Origin: Octopus vulgaris
Taxonomy: Eukaryota
DNA: 64,000 bases
NCBI GenBank assembly: GCA_951406725.2
Contig: OX597837.1
Location: 25,048,001-25,112,000, forward strand
Reading direction: 5' to 3'
Part shown: positions 62,010-64,000 of the stretch, piece after piece
Position numbering within the stretch: the first letter of the stretch is position 1
How the letters are laid out: every line of letters starts with the position of its first letter
Made by a program: the position numbers and the translations under genes
Notes under the pieces: model-generated
What the model was told of the DNA's origin: nothing
The model's input: only the letters and a program-made list of their open reading frames with translations
Database searches by the model: none

Positions 62010-63098
62010 AAATATTCTTAGTAAATCAGTAATGCTCTACTTTCTAAGAATTCTTATTTCTTTATTGCCCACAAGGGGCTACACACAGAGGGGACAAACA
62101 AGGACAGACAAAGGGATTAAGTCGATTAGATCGACCCCAGTGCGTAACTGGTGCTTAATTTATCGACCCCGAAAGGATGAAAGGCAAAGTCGACCTCGGC
62201 GGAATTTGAACTCAGAACGTAACGGCAGACGAAACACAGCTACGCATTTCGCCCGGCGTGCTAACGTTTATTTCATTATTGCCCACAAGGGGCTACACAC
62301 AGAGGGGACAAACAAGGACAGACAAAGGGATTAAGTCGATTAGATCGACCCCAGTGCGTAACTGGTACTTAATTTATCGATCCCGAAAGGATGAAAGGCA
62401 AAGTCGACCTCGGCGGAATTTGAACTCAGAACGTAACGGCAGACGAAACACAGCTACGCATTTCGCCCGGCGTGCTAACGTTTATTTCATTATTGCCCAC
62501 AAGGGGCTACACACAGAGGGGACAAACAAGGACAGACAAAGGGATTAAGTCGATTAGATCGACCCCAGTGCGTAACTGGTGCTTAATTTATCGATCCCGA
62601 AAGGATGAAAGGCAAAGTCGACCTCGGCGGAATTTGAACTCAGAACGTAACGGCAGACGAAACACAGCTACGCATTTCGCCCGGCGTGCTAACGTTTATT
62701 TCATTATTGCCCACAAGGGGCTACACACAGAGGGGACAAACAAGGACAGACAAAGGGATTAAGTCGATTAGATCGACCCCAGTGCGTAACTGGTACTTAA
62801 TTTATTGACCCCGAAAGGATGAAAGGCAAAGTCGACCTCGGCGGAATTTGAACTCAGAACGTAACGGCAGACGAAACACGGCTACGCATTTCGCCCGGCG
62901 TGCTAACGTTCCTGCCAGCTCTAACAATTCTGCCAATACACAGTGATGATGATGATGACGATAATAACAACAACAACAAGCTCTTACTTCATTATTTTGT
63001 AAATCAACTTTGCCAATCTCTTTCAAAAACAACGAAGTAGCCAATCGCAGAATTTCATCTGGTTCCAAATCAAATAGTTTTTCCAATGTGTTCACAAT
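54414..63098 (-). CDS. FIRRM: FIRRM / C1orf112 homologue (FIGNL1-interacting), 3' part: last five coding exons; gene continues beyond the window end
   Basis: Five phase-0 exons join in frame. HQAIEAFASFAQETNCESLVPQCL and C-terminal WDEEYR...PPTWVTTELE resemble vertebrate C1orf112 (ALEAFTQFAEGTNHEEIVPQCL; WEEEYRSAL...PAPAWL) as recalled. Confidence 0.85.
56277..56568 (-). mobile_element. tRNA-derived SINE family D with V-domain-like motif
   Basis: Head tggcctagtggttagagcagcggactcgcgg; cctgtgacgcaccggcgtcccgtctaggtgggg motif; copies at about 14545-14815- and 21895-22140-. Confidence 0.8.
56711..56764 (-). CDS. FIRRM: FIRRM small exon (DQETTDEAQHMSDTESEE)
   Basis: tttcag / gtaaga, 18 codons, phase 0. 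Confidence 0.7.
57311..57532. mobile_element. piggyBac-like MITE (TTAA-CCCTTT...AAAGGG-TTAA)
   Basis: Empty site present in the adjacent duplicate (aaaatatcttaatacc). Related elements at about 13075-13300, 16012-16240, 25357-25563, 27495-27722, 30790-31246 (nested copy 31003-31232), 31678-31905, 41493-41718, 63142-63370. Confidence 0.85.
58360..58760 (+). mobile_element. RTE LINE 3' fragment
   Basis: AFELWCWRR.RIPWTAR.TN.EVL...RLAYFGH...GKRGRGRPR.WLD. Confidence 0.9.
59462..59605 (-). CDS. FIRRM: FIRRM exon (TAYSCDGF...EELLK)
   Basis: ttgcag / gtcaga, 48 codons. Confidence 0.75.
59860..59894 (-). ncRNA. CpG-decayed minimal type I hammerhead motif in a Penelope-like remnant
   Basis: Minus strand: gttt-CTGACGA-a gagc tct gctc-AAAA-cat-TA-aac; remnant about 59757-59980 lies between (TA)n tracts. 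Confidence 0.5.
60360..60569 (-). CDS. FIRRM: FIRRM exon (VSVKMGSTFPKIFQHLL...FLNH)
   Basis: ttttag / gtaagt, 70 codons, conserved AFxxFA motif. Confidence 0.9.
62055..62921 (-). repeat. Tandem array of four 214-bp family-B SINE units
   Basis: Period of 214 bp (e.g. ttgccc at 62065 and 62279); only the outermost unit keeps the gagctggcag head. Confidence 0.95.
62988..63098 (-). CDS. FIRRM: FIRRM exon (IVNTLEKLFDLEPDEILRLATSLFLKEIGKVDLQNNE)
   Basis: ttcgacag / gtaaga, 37 codons. Confidence 0.8.
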
Positions 63099-63751
63099 CT
63101 GTCGAAAGAATAAACAAGAGTCAGTGACAACATTTAATCTCATTAACCCTTTAGTGTTCAGATTATTCTATCAAACATAATGCTTATTGATTCACATTGA
63201 TTTGAATTAATCATGCATTATCTCATATCTTCAAGATCTTGATGGTGTAATTACTTAATGTAGAATAACATTGTAGGGTAGGTGTGAGAGCATGGATCTG
63301 GTCAGTTTGAGCATAAAACAGATTAAATATTTTGGCCGGATATGGCTGGTTTAAATACTAAAGGGTTAAAGGCCAAGTCAAACAATCAAACAAGCAATAT
63401 TGATTTCAAATTTTGGCACAAGGCCAACAATTTTCAGAGAAGGGAATAAGTCAATTACATCAACCCCCCCGCATTCGACCTGTACTTATTTTACTGACCC
63501 CACCCTGAAAGAATGTAAGACAAAGTCGACCCCAGTGCAATATGAACTCAGAACATGTTAAGCATTTTGCCCAGCATGTAGGCGCAGGAGTGGCTGTGTG
63601 GTAAGTAGCTTGCTTACCAACCACATGGTTCCGGGTTCAGTCCCACTGCGTGGCACCTTGGGCAAGTGTCTTCTACTACAGCCTCGGGCCGACCAAAGCC
63701 TTGTGAGTGGATTTGGTAGACAGAAACTGAAAGAAGCCTGTCGTATATATG

Positions 63752-63787
<36 letters not shown>

Positions 63788-64000
63788 CGTGTCTATGTTT
63801 GTCCTCCCAACATCGCTTGACAACCGAAGCTGGTGTGTTTACGTCCCCGTAACTTAGCAGTTCGGCAAAAGAGAACGATAGAATAAGTACTAGGCTTACA
63901 AAAGAATAAGTCCTGGGGTCGATTTGCTCGACTAAAAGCGGTGCTCCAGCATGGGCACAGTCAAATGACTGAAACAAGTAAAAGAGTAAAGAGAGAGTAC

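Overview
AT-rich, repeat-dense animal genomic DNA. The SINE/LINE repertoire and (TA)n load suggest an Octopus-type cephalopod (inference). The window holds a complete plus-strand SPT5/SUPT5H gene with 26 coding exons (7824-46992), which I assembled by hand into a phase-consistent frame of about 1080 aa. Convergent with it are the last five coding exons of a FIRRM/C1orf112 homologue on the minus strand (63098 to 54414). Introns carry tRNA-derived SINEs, 3' ends of RTE, CR1 and R4/Dong LINEs, mariner, Tigger, Merlin, piggyBac and hAT MITEs, and non-autonomous Helitrons. Highlights: (1) a textbook U12 (minor-spliceosome) GT-AG intron in SPT5; (2) four or five type-I hammerhead-ribozyme-like motifs in Penelope/retrozyme-like remnants, one inside a 347-bp direct-repeat unit; (3) a very frequent SINE-looking repeat that is the Meta-domain- and VNTR-bearing 3' UTR of an RTE LINE; (4) many long intronic fold-backs (candidate dsRNA); (5) a duplicated FIRRM splice acceptor that could act as a poison acceptor. 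All calls were made by eye without database searches. Almost all ORFs in the supplied track are repeat artefacts.
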